The position numbers and the translations under genes were made by a program. From the NCBI GenBank assembly GCA_950097015.1, contig CATNEN010000007.1, forward strand, positions 4,092,001-4,156,000: 64,000 nt of DNA, in the 5' to 3' direction. The stretch's first letter is position 1. Each line of letters starts with the position of its first letter. This DNA is from Macrostomum hystrix. Its lineage: Eukaryota; Animalia; Platyhelminthes. The notes beneath the pieces are model-generated. The model was not told where the DNA came from. It ran no database searches and saw nothing but the letters and a program-made list of their open reading frames with translations. This document shows, piece after piece, positions 1-12,800 of the stretch.

Positions 1-26
1 ATTAGATAGTACTCATTGAACTGTGC

Positions 27-1485
27 TCACCCCAGGCTGTCATCGAGTCTAACTGACAGATCCAGCGGCTCCCAGCACCGAGGTCCGACATTCTCCGTGG
101 CGGAAGAAGCTGGCAATGTGGCTGACTGGCCCGGCTGCAACTGGGGGCGCCGATCTCCCATCAGGGCCAACACGCTGAAGTCCTTGCTTGGCTGCTGGCG
201 GGCGGTAGAATCCGCTGACTCTGGAACCGCTGGCAGCGGCGGCGGCGCCGGCTGATGCGGACGAGGGAACACAAGCGGTGGAAGGCGCGGGTGCGGCGGC
301 GGCGCCTGCGGAAAAGGGTGCTGTCGCAAGCCTGCTTGTTGCAGCGATGGCGGCATCGGCAGCATAGACATAGGCGGCGGCGGCATGGACGGGAAGCCGG
401 GGAAGGGCCGCGGCAGCCCTAGGCGCATCAGCGAGCTGTAGTACTGCAGCGGCATGCAGGGGACATCGAAGCCGCCGCCTCTACCGCCGTGCAGCAGAGG
501 CAGGAGGGCGGCCGCCGCGAAGTCCTGGGCTGTAGCGGCGCCGCTGGCGCTGCCTCCGACAGCGGCGGCAGCAGCTGCGGCTGCGGCGGCTGCAGCTGCA
601 GCAAAATTGTGCCCGGAGGCCGCAGAGACCGCGGCAGCGGCTGCCACTGCGCTGTGCGCATGTCGATCGTCCTCCAGCTGGTGATGAAGCAGCGGATGCT
701 GAGCCACATGGCCGTGCTGATGCGACTGCTGAGGCCCGCCGCCCTGCCTGTGACCGCCTTTGTGCTTGCTAGGTGGGCATCTTGGAGGTGACTCTAGCGG
801 GCCGCCGCCCCCGCCTACGCCGCCACCGGCCCCACCTCCACCTCCGCCAGCAGAGGAGGAAGTTGAGGTCGACTTGATCAGCTTGCCGACTGCCGCAATC
901 GGACAGCCGGATAGGCTTCGGTGCGAGGATCGATTGCCGTTCACGTGACCCCGGCCCGTGCAGCCGATAGTTGGGCAGCGGAGCACCGTGTGCTGCAGGC
1001 CGAGCACTGGAAGGCGGGGATTGAGGCGCAGTGTCAGGATTAGTAACGCTAGATTGGCGGAGATGTGGCTGTTATTACCGAAGGTGCTACTGGTTTAAAT
1101 CAGAGCAATGGCCTCACTCACTTTCAGCCGTGTACTTGCTCTTTCTAGGACAGCCGCTCAGGCTCCTGTGGTGCGAATAGAGCCCCGTCACGTGACCAGT
1201 GCCGTCGCAGTCCGGGTTGGGGCACTTGCTCTGGCCGGCCTTGCCACTGTCGTCTCCGCTGTCCGCCGAATGTGGCGGCGGCGGTGGCAACTGCGGATAG
1301 TAATGGCGCCGACGCTGCTGCTGCTGATGCCTGTGCTGCTGCTGCTGCTGTTGCTGCTGTTGCTGCAGCTGATCTTCTGGCAGTTGGAGAGGCGATCGGG
1401 ACCTAGAACGGCTCAGTAACTGACGATGCAGCGGCGGAGACCGCGCCAACGTCGGCTGAGGCGACATCAGCGGGCTGGAGGGCAT
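27..1485 (-). CDS. MYT1: Myt1/ST18-family CCHHC zinc-finger transcription factor, two fingers, ~447 aa; exons 1485-1122 and 1006-27
   Basis: Fingers [26 protein letters not shown] and [26 protein letters not shown] match the Myt1 CCHHC signature. Donor GTGAGT at 1121 and acceptor AG at 1008-1007 join in phase 1. Stop TGA at 27-29. ATG at 1485 has an in-frame stop upstream at 1519-1521, so the start is plausible but an upstream exon is not excluded. Confidence 0.9.
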
Positions 1486-1544
1486 CGACAGGCTGCTCCT
1501 CTGCGGCAGCCGCCTGCGTCATAGTCGTTCGGGTGTCACGGTTG

Positions 1545-1615
1545 TCACGGTTGTGTCTAACATATGTTTAGCATGTGTCTAACATGTGTCTAACATGTGT
1601 CTAACATGTCTCTAG
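1545..1615. repeat. Short 11-bp tandem repeat (CATGTGTCTAA)
   Basis: About 5 partly degenerate copies read directly. Confidence 0.8.
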
Positions 1616-2494
1616 CGTTTGTCTTACAGTTTCTTAAAAAAATGACACGTAGAAAAATTTAGAAATCCCGGCACTCAAGCGGTCTTACCTCGGCGATCTC
1701 TGACTGTAGGTCACAATGTCCTCGGCTTCCATGGAATTCCACATGGTGGACTGCGCGCAGTGTCTGTCCAAATGTCAAGCTTGAAGACGAAACTGATGAA
1801 GTCGCGGAAATCTCGCAGAAATCGGCTCTCACTGACCTGAGCGGCGGAAGTTTTGCGCCAGAAATTATAGAAAACTTTTCCCCTTCCCCTCCGCTGAGGC
1901 AACATCCCCGCCCGACAATTCTCCCCATTGGCTGAGCCCCTGGCTTCCGAAAACACTCCTCAGAAGCTCCCTCCCCCCGCCCTGTTTTGCCCTGCGATTT
2001 GAGTTGTGCTCAACGGAATGAAAGAAAAGGGGTGGGGAGCAGATTAGGAAATAAGAAAGCGAGTTGAGACAAAGCCAGATAGTTTGTGGGCCTTCCCTGC
2101 TGGTCACTGGCTGAGTTGGGATTCTCAATCCGGCCCGAATAGCGGGGCTTCCGAATGCGCCCGAGCCGCCGACTTTTGCCAAAGCGATTTCTGCTCCTTA
2201 TCCGCCAACTCGATTCTTCTTCTTCAATCTGGCGAAGCGATTTGTCGCCGAGATGAGCGTGGGAGCGGCTGCCGGGAGTCCCGCGGCACGCGATGGGAAA
2301 ATTGCGGCCCGCAGAGGGGAGCAAATTATCCCGCTGGTCACGGCAGTGTCAGTTTCCGTTCTTTTTTGTCTCTTCTTTTCCTTGCTCATTTCCTTGCTAT
2401 TGTTTCACTTTTGTGTTCGTGTCTACCATCGAGGACAAAAAGCATTCAACAACTTCTTATTTACTATGAAACACTTCTCAAGCTAATTCTGTAT

Positions 2495-2977
2495 GTGCTC
2501 ACTCTCCCTCCCTCTCTCTGAGCTCACTCTCTCACTCTCTCTTTGTGCTCACTCTCTCTGTGCTCACTCACTCTGTGCTCACTTTCTCTGTGCTCACTCT
2601 CTCTCTCTGTGCTCACCCTCCCTCTGTGCTCACTCTCTCTCTGTGCTCACTCTCTCTGTGCACTCTCTCTCTCTCTGTGCTCACTCTCTCTCTGTGCTCA
2701 CTCTGTCTCTGTGCTCACTCTCTCTGTGCTCACTCTCTCTGTGCTCACTCTGTCTCTGTGCTCACTCTCTCTCTCTGTGCTCACTCTGTCTCTGTGCTCA
2801 CTCTCCCACTGTACTCACTCTCTCTCTGTGCTCACTCTCTCTCTGTGCTCACTCTCTCTCTGTGCTCACTCTCTCTCTGTTCTCGCTCTCCCTCCGTGCT
2901 CACACTCCCTCCGTGCTCACTCTCCCTCCGTGCTCACTCTCCCTCCGTGCTCACTCTCCCTCCGTGCTCACTCTCTT
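2495..2977. repeat. CT-rich minisatellite, unit CTGTGCTCACT(CT)n of variable length
   Basis: Repeated TGCTCACTCTC core; ORFs here are repeat translations. Confidence 0.95.
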
Positions 2978-4265
2978 TTGAAACAATGGGACTAGCTCGC
3001 TCATAAAGGCAAGCAAACTCGAGGCAATGTCAAAGACTTCTGTGTCAGCAGCTTAGCAGAAGCCAAGTTCCTCCAAGCAGAAGCCGAGACAAAAGAAAAA
3101 AGCAAGCTTTATATGAAAAAGCCCTTTGGAATTCCTTGCCAATATCACCCACTGAAGCCTGACAAACTCAAAGCGTGCTCACAGTGTCTGGGATTCGCAT
3201 TCCGGGCTCACCTGTGTTTTATCGCTTCAAAGTGAGCGGGAACAAGAAGCCGCAATCTGACAATCATCTTCTTGTTCACGCAAAGCTGAACTTGGGCCTC
3301 GCACACCGTAGTCGAGTGGCTGCTGGCCCGACAACTGTCCCAAATTATTGACTCAATCATTCTGAGCTCCGGCCTCCTTTGTTTTCTGCCTGCTCAGCAG
3401 CTTCGACCAGAACAAAAAATCCATATTACTTTCCGCTAGTCTCAGAACAGGTATCAAGGTATCAACAGTTGCCGCATCTGTTGCGCATGGTTGAGCAGTG
3501 AGCACTCGCAGGCCCCCTTACCCGCAGGGCTGAGTTAGAGCCGGGGCTAACCAAACAAATCAATCAGCTCGGAAACAATTCGATTGAGTGTGATTCAGCG
3601 TATCAATCGCCTGGCTTAGCGGACAATTTATTGTGCTCCAATGACTTGCAAGCTAGCTGCGGTCCTCTGCGGTGTGACGCCTGCCTGGCACTGAAAACTA
3701 CTGCAACTGTTTGTTTCCTTCGTTTCCCGACATCGCCAAGTCTGAGCGGCGTGCCGGGAGTCATTCAAATTCACAGCTACTTTGCATTTTTCCCAGTCGT
3801 TTTTTTGTTCTCAAAAGCTGCTCGGCATGCTATCGGGCGAGAGCACTGGCCGCTTATCAAACTGCTCCCAGCTACCCTGAGCAGTTTCACAGATCAGCTG
3901 GGCCTGATAACTGAGCAACTCAGCAAATTGCCTTCTATTTTCTTTCGCTTGTTTTCCTCTTGCCCCTTATTTGCGGCAAGTTTTACAATGTTTCAAGCGC
4001 AACTAGGACGCCCTCTCCCCCTCTGTCGGGCTTATCGAAGCTGAGCAGAGGGTTTGCATGGGAATCGGTTATGAAATACTGCTCAGACACACGCTTGGCT
4101 ACCGCTCTGCCGCATGATTCACAAAAGTTTTCTTCTATTGGGAAATTTCTTCTTCTGCGAGTGTATTTATTGCTGCATTTGAATAATGGTTGAGGCACAA
4201 TTGAGTGGTGCAGACACGAAACCTTTAAACAATTTAGTTTCAACTTAAGAAGTGCTTTAAGAAGA

Positions 4266-4703
4266 CAGTGCTTTGAAGTTGTACAGTGCTTTCAGAAGTT
4301 GTACAGTGCTTTCAGAAGTTTCACAGTGCTTTCAGAAGTTTCACAGTGCTTTCAGAAGTTTCACAGTGCTTTCAGAAGTTTCACAGTGCTTTCAGAAGTT
4401 TCACAGTGCTTTCAGAAGTTTCACAGTGCTTTCAGAAGTTTCACAGTGCTTTCAGAAGTTTCACAGTGCTTTCAGAAGTTTCACAGTGCTTTCAGAAGTT
4501 TCACAGTGCTTTCAGAAGTTGTACAGTGCTTTCAGAAGTTGTACAGTGCTTTCAGAAGTTGTACAGTGCTTTCAGAAGTTGTACAGTGCTTTCAGAAGTT
4601 GTACAGTGCTTTCAGAAGTTGTACAGTGCTTTCAGAAGTTGTACAGTGCTTTCAGAAGTTGTACAGTGCCTTCAGAAGTTGTACAGTGCTTTCAGAAGTT
4701 GCA
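4266..4703. repeat. 20-bp minisatellite CAGTGCTTTCAGAAGTT(TCA/GTA), ~22 copies
   Basis: Exact 20-bp period; 10 TCA-type units (4304-4503) followed by GTA-type units. Confidence 0.97.
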
Positions 4704-7628
4704 CAAAGCATCGTGAGATTGTAGAAAGACTTTTTCTTTGTTGAAACCATACAGAGCTTTCCCAAATGTGCCTTTTTGTGCCAGCCTGAACTTGAAGGAA
4801 TGAAGGCAATGATCTGTAATTTCGGAGTGTTAACTCCGCTGCTAGCAAAATAGCGATTTTCAAGTCAACTCAAGCATCGTTGGGAATTCTTTGAGTAAGC
4901 ATTGCTGTAGGCAAGAACTGAGATTTTAGCAGAGTCTCAATCCGAGTACAGGCCCCTCAAAGCATGTCCAACAGAGGGCCCATAGCTGCGGTCTTAATCC
5001 TTGAAAGAGCAGAAAAGCTTTTTAACAGACCACCCCCTCCTTCAGGCCCGACCGCGAGGTGGTGAATCTGAAATGAAGAGCGAGCCAGCGAGAGCGGGGC
5101 ATCAACTTTCACAAACACGCCTCTTTAATCCACTTTGGAATTATGCGAAAGCCGACCGCCCGGCGCTGGTCCGAGTGGCCCGACACCTTCCACTAGTCCC
5201 TGCTCTAATGGCTGGCACGCCCGACTTGCGCCGATGGACACTCACAGAGCAGGAGAAACACAGATGAGGAGAAGAATGAGTGAGCTATTTTCTCATTTTT
5301 TGAAAAAGGATTTTCACACAGACAAATATTCGCGGAGGTGTGATAGAGAGCCATTTCTATTTGACCCTCCCGGGACCCGGTGTGGGAACTGTCGCGCTGG
5401 GGATCTCTGAGATCTGCTGAGCCGTATTGCAAGGCCTAATAATAATTAGCTCACAACTGCTCCGCCCCGCGACCCGCCCCACCCACAACGGTCCGCGGTC
5501 TCCTAGGGGAGCTTGTCATAGAGTCGCCAGTGGTCCGAGAAGCCACTCGAGACAAGAATGGATTTCAAGCTTCCAATCCTTCACTGGCATTGTATCCGCC
5601 CAGCTCCGCCAAGGTGTTGACACCTGCGCCATTCAGCGAAGTGCTTGACTTCAATGCAAATGATAAACTGTCGGCTGCGTGCGGAAACACTTCGCTCACT
5701 TAGGAGGGCCAGCCGAGCGGCACGAGGGAGCCTCAAAGTCTTTGTGCGTAGGGCAGTCTTTGTTGTTAATTTACCGGCCAGTTTTTAAGTTTCTCCGCTC
5801 GGCCTAGCGGCACGCCCCGGCCTTGTCCGGTCCTGCCAGGTGTCACCGAGAGGATCTGAAAATCCCACCCGACACAGATCTGGGCACGATTATTCTTTTG
5901 CAGCTGAAGACAAATCCCAAACATGTTTTTTTCACTCCATTTTCAGAAATCTGTGGCACATTGCTGAGTATCTTAACCGTTGGTACTACAAGCTAAATTT
6001 CACGCATAATCTTTCGGTTGATTGTTTATGAAATTTAGTGCGTGAACTGAGGTGAGTTCCTTTTGTAGGCATTTTGTAAAGGGGCGTCCTTGCCAGGAGA
6101 TGCAATCACCGGAATTTTCGTTGAGCAAATCCAGCGTTTTTCTCGCTGATTGGAAAAAGGCACTCAACGGCGAGCAGCCCTCGTTGCCCTCGAGTTGTTC
6201 AATTGGAAAGCAATGCGAGCGAGATGGCAAGCAGGCAGACAGGAAAACAAAAGCAAATGATAGCTCAGCGAGTGCGAGAGCCAAGTCTGAAAGGAAGTAA
6301 TTTGCGAACGAAATCGACCAGAAGGTGAGTAGGCCACAAAAAAGCCTACAGATAGTAGGCGCACAGGTGAGGCCGCAGTTAGCAGGCGAGTCTCAGGTGC
6401 CAGGATCTGGCAGTGATCACTGTCAAGTGGCTCTGACATCACAGTACCTATTAGTTGCGAATCAGGACTGGGGTGGGTGAGAGCAGGCCAAGCAAGAACT
6501 CAAATTTTATTTCGCGCAAAATATTTTATATTCGCAGCTTCCGAGCTGCTGACACTGGTGGCGAGTGGAGTGGGTGCTGCAGGAGGCGCTAAGCCGCTGT
6601 CTTGGGGGCATTGTGTCTAGTTTGCTCCAATTTTTTTCTGCACACTTGCTCGAGGTTGCGTAAGGAAGTTCTGCGCTGAGAATGTAGAAACATCCATTTT
6701 TTGAGCTCTTTCTCAGCCACTCGTGACCGCAAAGTTGCAGCTGCCCCAGGCTGTTCTGCCTGCCGCACCCGATGATGAGGGCTGAGTAATAATTTGAAAC
6801 CGGCGAACACTTGCCTGCAGTCTGATTTCAGCCCAGCTACCCCCAGTGGGCAGCGGAAATATTTTCGGCATTGAAACTGCTCAAAGAAGAAGATGCGGAC
6901 TCAATCGGAACCGGGAAACAGAAAATCGCCATCGCCAACAACTCTTTTGTAACTTGACTCCAACTGAGCACTGACTTGAGCTTGGGAAGGGCGGGCAGTT
7001 TGAAAACTGCTACAAATGATGGCCTGTTGCGAGTCCAGCCGCCCTGATCCCATCGCCCCACAGCTCATCTAGGCAAATTCTTTAATCTCGTTTCTTCACT
7101 ACAGATATACAGAGAGAGAGTAGGAAAATGTTTGCCAATGCAAAAGATGGAGAAGCAGGTAAAAAGCAAGATAAAAAGAAAAGAAATTGTGTGTGTGCTA
7201 CTCTCTCCCGCAGTTTTTGTTTGAAAGTGGAAACCCAGCGCTGAGCAGTTCTGGCACCGGTCAGATTGGATCTGAGATCCTGCCGGCCCTCTTATTTGCC
7301 TCTGCTTATTGCCTGCGACTCGGTCTCCGATTTCTTTGCTCCGCATTTGTCTTCTTTTATTCCGTAATCCATTTTTTCGAGTGTTAAAGACAGTAACACG
7401 CGGCAATCTACTTTTGCCCTCCTTTAATTTGAGCCAATTTTGCCATCTTTGCTACATTTGTAGTAAAGAAATGATTATTTAATGATGCAGAAGCTTTCAC
7501 CCACCTCTGCTTTTACATTTTCGGCTTATATTTCAGCGTTTAACTGGATTGACTATAGGCAGCACATTTAGAGCAGGGATTGAGAAACTCGGGCACCCGA
7601 GATCCTGAGCCTTCCATGTGCTCAAACA

Positions 7629-7929
7629 CCTGTCTCATCTCTCCACTGTCTCATCTCTCCACTGTCTCATCTCCCCACTGTCTCATCTCCCCCCTGTCTC
7701 ATCTCTCAACTGTCTCCTCTCTCAACTGTCTCATCTCCCCACTGTCTCATCTCCCCACTGTCTCATCTCCCCACTGTCTCATCTCCCCACTGTCTCATCT
7801 CCCCACTGTCTCATCTCCCCACTGTCTCATCTCCCCACTGTCTCATCTCTCAACTGTCTCATCTCCCCACTGTCTCATCTCTCCATTGTCTCATCTCTCA
7901 ACTGTCTCATCTCTCAACTGTCTCATCTC
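7629..7929. repeat. 16-bp minisatellite CTGTCTCATCTCCCCA
   Basis: Period 16 with CCCA/TCAA variants. Confidence 0.95.
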
Positions 7930-9847
7930 ATGTTCTCAGTAAGTAATCTATACACAGCTGATCCAGTTCTATCACTATTATTCATGAGGTGTCTCATCCT
8001 CACTCCAGAGCCTAAGATAATCTGCCACTTAAGCGGATAGCCTTCATACAAAAGATTAAGACTGTTTTTCTTTCACTCTTAATCTTTCTTTTCTCCAGAA
8101 TTTTGTTATGTGTTACAAAGGGAATTCCCGATGGCCTAAAACAAATCCCTATAACTTGTTTTCCCAAGAGAAATGCCGAGTGTAGTTGGATTCAGAAGCC
8201 AGTTTACTCGGCCGATGAATGCCCATCCTTAGGGATTCATAGTTCATAATTCATCCGGTATTTGTCACGGCGCGTGTGCTCAGAATGATTCCGACAGACC
8301 TTCCAGGGCTCATCTGCTCAGGTAGGCGATGAGAAAAGCAGGCAGAGATTGAGAACAGCAGTGCTAGCGACAGCCAGACCCTCCCATCTGTCAGAGGAAG
8401 CTGGACAGCAGAAAACTTTCGCGGCGAAAACTTGGCTAGGCAGGAAAGTAATTTAGCTCAGCGACTTCCTGAACCGGCCCTTCTTCTAGGAGGACTTCAA
8501 AGGTGTCAGAACTTTTACTTTGCTTCTGGTCACTGATTCTTCATCCGGCCCTTAGCTCAGCAAAATTACCCCCACCCTGGAAAACTTTGCTCTCGCTTCT
8601 GCTTTGAAGAAGATAAACAAGATATTAGAAAGAAAAAAGGGCGACCGATGGAGCTTGTTGAGTTGCCTTCAATGAAAGACGGCGGAGAACAGTGCTCCAT
8701 TCCTCAGTTTACTGCCGTCTCCCGGGTCAAGTGGGTCACAAAGATAGGTCCCTGAAATCCCATTTCTGTGCTCAGCGGGGAAATGGCGGAGGGGGTGGGC
8801 GAATCGCCGGAAGCTGAGCGCGGGCGGACACGGCTCGATCGGCCAATTCTGAAGTATCAAATCGCAGCGCCTGCGCCTCCGCGTCCGCCTCCGCCTCGAC
8901 GAGCCCTCCGGGGCTGCCGAGCGTTTCCAGCCGTCAATTCCCGGATCATTGTTCTCCTAGCAAAATGCTTCGCCCAGGTACAAGACAGCTCGATATTATC
9001 CAGGATTGTGTTTAACGAAACGGACTAGGCGCTCGCTCCTATTGTTAACCTCCAACTGAATAGCCAGACAGGCGCAATATCCCCTGGAACTATATTTCCC
9101 TATCCGTCCCCGCTTAATCTGATTGGCAGTATCATTGCCCGGCTCCTCTTTGAGATTCGTCAATTAGTGCCAGTTTCTCAATCGGTGATGTAGATGATGA
9201 AGACAATATTTTTTACTTTTAAGCGACGTAAAATTTCTTTCGAAACTGGTTGGACAAATAGCCATTTGCGCTGACGAATCCCAAGTCGCACTTGCCCTGC
9301 AAACTACCGTAGACATTCTTCCCTTGCCGAATACCGAAGTTGCAAAGGTATATAGTGCGAGTGGACTGTGAGTGTCCAGCAAATCCTGCTCTGCACCAGC
9401 TGGCCGCATTCCCAGTTTCTGACCGGTTCCAAATCACGCAACAGCTGCTCCCCGTAGCAACCAACTCGGGGCGCCGAATCGCTTGAGAACAAGAGACGGC
9501 TTCAAAGCAGTAAAAAACTAAGCGCTTTGAAGCAACGAAATCAAACCTTTACGAGCCTCAGTGAAACTCACGATTGGTCTTCTTGTCTGCCGGCGACAGA
9601 TGCAAGTCTTTTTCGTGCCGAATTTCAGATTAAAATCCTTGCTTTACTACTTACACACATGAGCAGCACAGTGTTATGAGTGGGGAAATGAAGCGTCACT
9701 TACAGGCCTCTAGAAATCCTTGCTCTACAAAAGCAAAATTGAGTCCAGAGGTGACCAAGTACAGTTACTAAGAAATTTACTAATAGTTGTCTATCGCCAA
9801 GCATGGGTCAGTCTACAGGTAACGGGTCACTGCTTGTTCACAGCGAC

Positions 9848-12800
9848 TCAATCAGCCAGACTGTTGGGACGCTGGCGAGACAGCTGACCGACGGTCTCGG
9901 CCAATCGCTGAAGGGCCGCTCTCATCTCGACCAGCTGGCTGGCCACTGCGGTGTCCTGCGCAGCGTCGTCCGGCGGTGTCTGGCGGCCGAGCGGGTGCGC
10001 CCGCAGCGCCGCTGCCTGGTAGAACAGGAACAGGTTTCGAGCTCGCGACCTCAGCAGCCTGCGGCGCCGATCGGCGGGGCCGTTCGACGGTGTGGGCCGG
10101 CTGGCTGGCGGCGGTCGCCGATCAGGCTGCGTAGAGTCACCGCGCCACTGGCGAAGCCGGCGCAGCCCGCTGACGAGGATGGCGACAAAGCCAGTCAGCA
10201 GGTTGAAAGGCGGCGGCCAGCGCGACCGGCCGCGAAGCTGGCGGCCCAGACGGTGGCGCTCGATCAGCCAGAGCGGCCTGGAGCGGGCTCGCTGGCGCGC
10301 CGCCGTGGTGGCAAAGACGCCAGCAGCGGCGGCCGTCAGCAGGAGGTGTCCGCCGGCCAGAGCTGTCAACAGCGGCGCCAGCATCGGGGACATTGTGTCG
10401 TGGCTGACGGTGTCGTTGAGGCTCCCTACAAGCGCCGGAGAGGCAGCCATCGAGCGCACTGGCTCCAGGTCGCCTCCAGTCAGCGCGCCCAGCGCAGCCA
10501 TCAGGACCCGGCCGATGGAAGGCCGCTGATTCTGACCGACCAGCTGCAGCAGGAGGACCCGGCCGGCCAGTCCGAGAGCTCCGGCCAGGCAGACTCCAAT
10601 GACGGCCAGCGGGAGAAAGTCGCGACGCAGCAGGGCGCCGATGAGCAGCAGGTGGCGCCCCAGCGGCGGTGCCAGGGCGCCCAGCAGCCGCAGCAGCCGC
10701 AGCCAATGCAGAGCGGCGGCGGCGGCCAGCGGAGCCGCCGGTGACCAGTCCGCTAATCGACAGGCCGCGCCTGCGGCGAGGCTGGCGGCCTCGGCCAGCT
10801 CAGCCGACCAGTCCGGCCAGCCCTGCGGATTTCGGGATAAGAGTATCAGATTTACAATCTGACTCAGGCTTAATCTGAGTCACTGGATTGCTAATCTGAG
10901 TCACTGGATTGCTAATCTGAGTCACTGGATTGCTAATCTGAGTCACTGGATTGCTAATCTGAGTCACTTGATTGCTAATCTGAGTCACTGGATTGCTAAT
11001 CTGAGTCACTGGATTGCTAATCTGAGTCACTGGATTGCTAATCTGAGTCACTGGATTGCTAATCTGAGTCACTGGATTGCTAATCTGAGTCACTGGATTG
11101 CTAATCTGAGTCACTGGATTGCTAATTTGATTCACTGTTGCATTTCAAGAGCTCACCTGCCGCCCGCGAGTCGCTTCTCTTACAGCCTCGACCAGCTGTC
11201 CCAGTCCGGTGACGTAGCAGGCCAACTCGGCCGGCCCGGGACTCGAGCCGCCGCCGCCGCCGCCGCCGACATCCGACAGACAGACGGCGGTCAGCAGGGC
11301 GCCCAGCAGCAGGTGGGCCAGCAGGTGCAGCCGAAATCGCCAGCTAGGCCGGCCGAGGCTGGAGAAGAATTCGGACAGGCCAGTCGACAGCCGACTTCTC
11401 ACTGATGATTGGCGAAGGAGAAACAGTTACTTAAATACGGAAAATGCTACTATAAGTAGAGAAGAATGAAAAACTGCCGACTCAGATATTTTATTTGACT
11501 GCTGAACTTCACCAACCTCCGTGACTTCCAACAATGCCACCGCCGCCACCTCCTCTGAGCACCGTCGCCGCCTCCTCGGCCCTCGGCGCCGCCGCTGGAG
11601 CATGACGTCGCGGACAGTCGGCCTCCTCGACAGCATGACCGTCTGCCAAGGCCCAGTCGGCGAAGCGGCTTCGATCGCGCGTGGCGGGTCCGCGCCATGC
11701 CGCCTCCCAGGCCAGGCAGGCGGCGTCGAGCTGGGCGAAGCCCTTGCAGCGGCCGATGGCGGCGAGATCCAGGACGCTGTAGCCGCCGTAGCGAGGCATC
11801 GGCCGCCTCAGGTAGCGCAGGGTCAGCCAGTTGCCCGGCGACCCATCCAAGGCTTTGGCGGCTTTCAGGGCTTCGCCGGCCAGTCGCTCGCAGCGATCGG
11901 CGGACGCGGCCGCCCGGTCCAGGAAGGCGTCGCCGACGCCCGGCCAGCGAGCGAGGCCGCGCACCAGGCGGGCTGCCAGGAGGCCCAGCGGGATGGGGTC
12001 CAGTGGCTCCAGCTGCAGCAGCTGTGGCGTCAGGCGGAGACGGCCGGACAGCGCCGACCAGACGATCAGGCTGCTTGTGGGGCTGCGCTGCGGCAGCGGA
12101 CAGTCGGCGGCCGACAACTCGGCCGCTTCGGGCTCCGTTAGCTTGACGCCGGCCAGCTGCCAGAAGCCGGTGGTCCTGGCGACCAGCGAGTTCACCTACG
12201 AGTAGGTCATAGTGGACACCTGAGTGCTTTTGCGTGTGCCCAGAGCTCGGCTGATTGGTTGGAACTCACACCAGCGTGTTAGGCCAACCCCAGCTTCGCT
12301 TTTATGGAATTTTAGACTCTAGAACCCAGTGTTCCCTCTCTCTCCCTGGTTTCTATTGGGCGCTGACCTTCTGTAGGCAGACATCGCCAGTCCGCCTGTC
12401 CAGGCAGTGCCGCCGCACGAGCGCCTTGACGCCGCCGGTCTTCGTCTGTCGGCGAATTCGCGAATAGAGCAGCGACTCGGCGCGGCGCTCGATTCGTCCG
12501 GCGAGCAGCGGCCAGAGCCGGCCGCGTCCGACCGAGGCCAGCCGACCGAGCAGTGCTGCGTCCTGCGGAATCAGTGCCTGGCGGGCCGCCAACTCGGCGA
12601 GGCCGTCCACCAGGCCGTAGGACTCGAGGTCGGGCAGCAGGCCAAGCCGCAGCGCCCGGCCCGCCGGCTCCATCAGGCGGTCCAGCTGCGGGTTCCGCTC
12701 AGCCAGGCCCGAAGACAGCGCCTGCAGCAGCTCGGCTCGCTCCAGTGGATTCTCCGCTAGCGAATGCGGCTGCCATGGTGACTGCGCCTGCGGAAGCATC

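Noticed and set aside
3983-4243. 86-aa ORF with FCESCG
   Set aside because: Single CxxC with no partner ligands and no supported splice link to the Myt1 gene.
11427-11698. Apparent frameshift into a hydrophobic segment (KYLSRQFFILLYL / LLIVAFSVF)
   Set aside because: A phase-1 GT-AG intron (11516-11402) joins the exons cleanly, and the true S1 is in the next exon.
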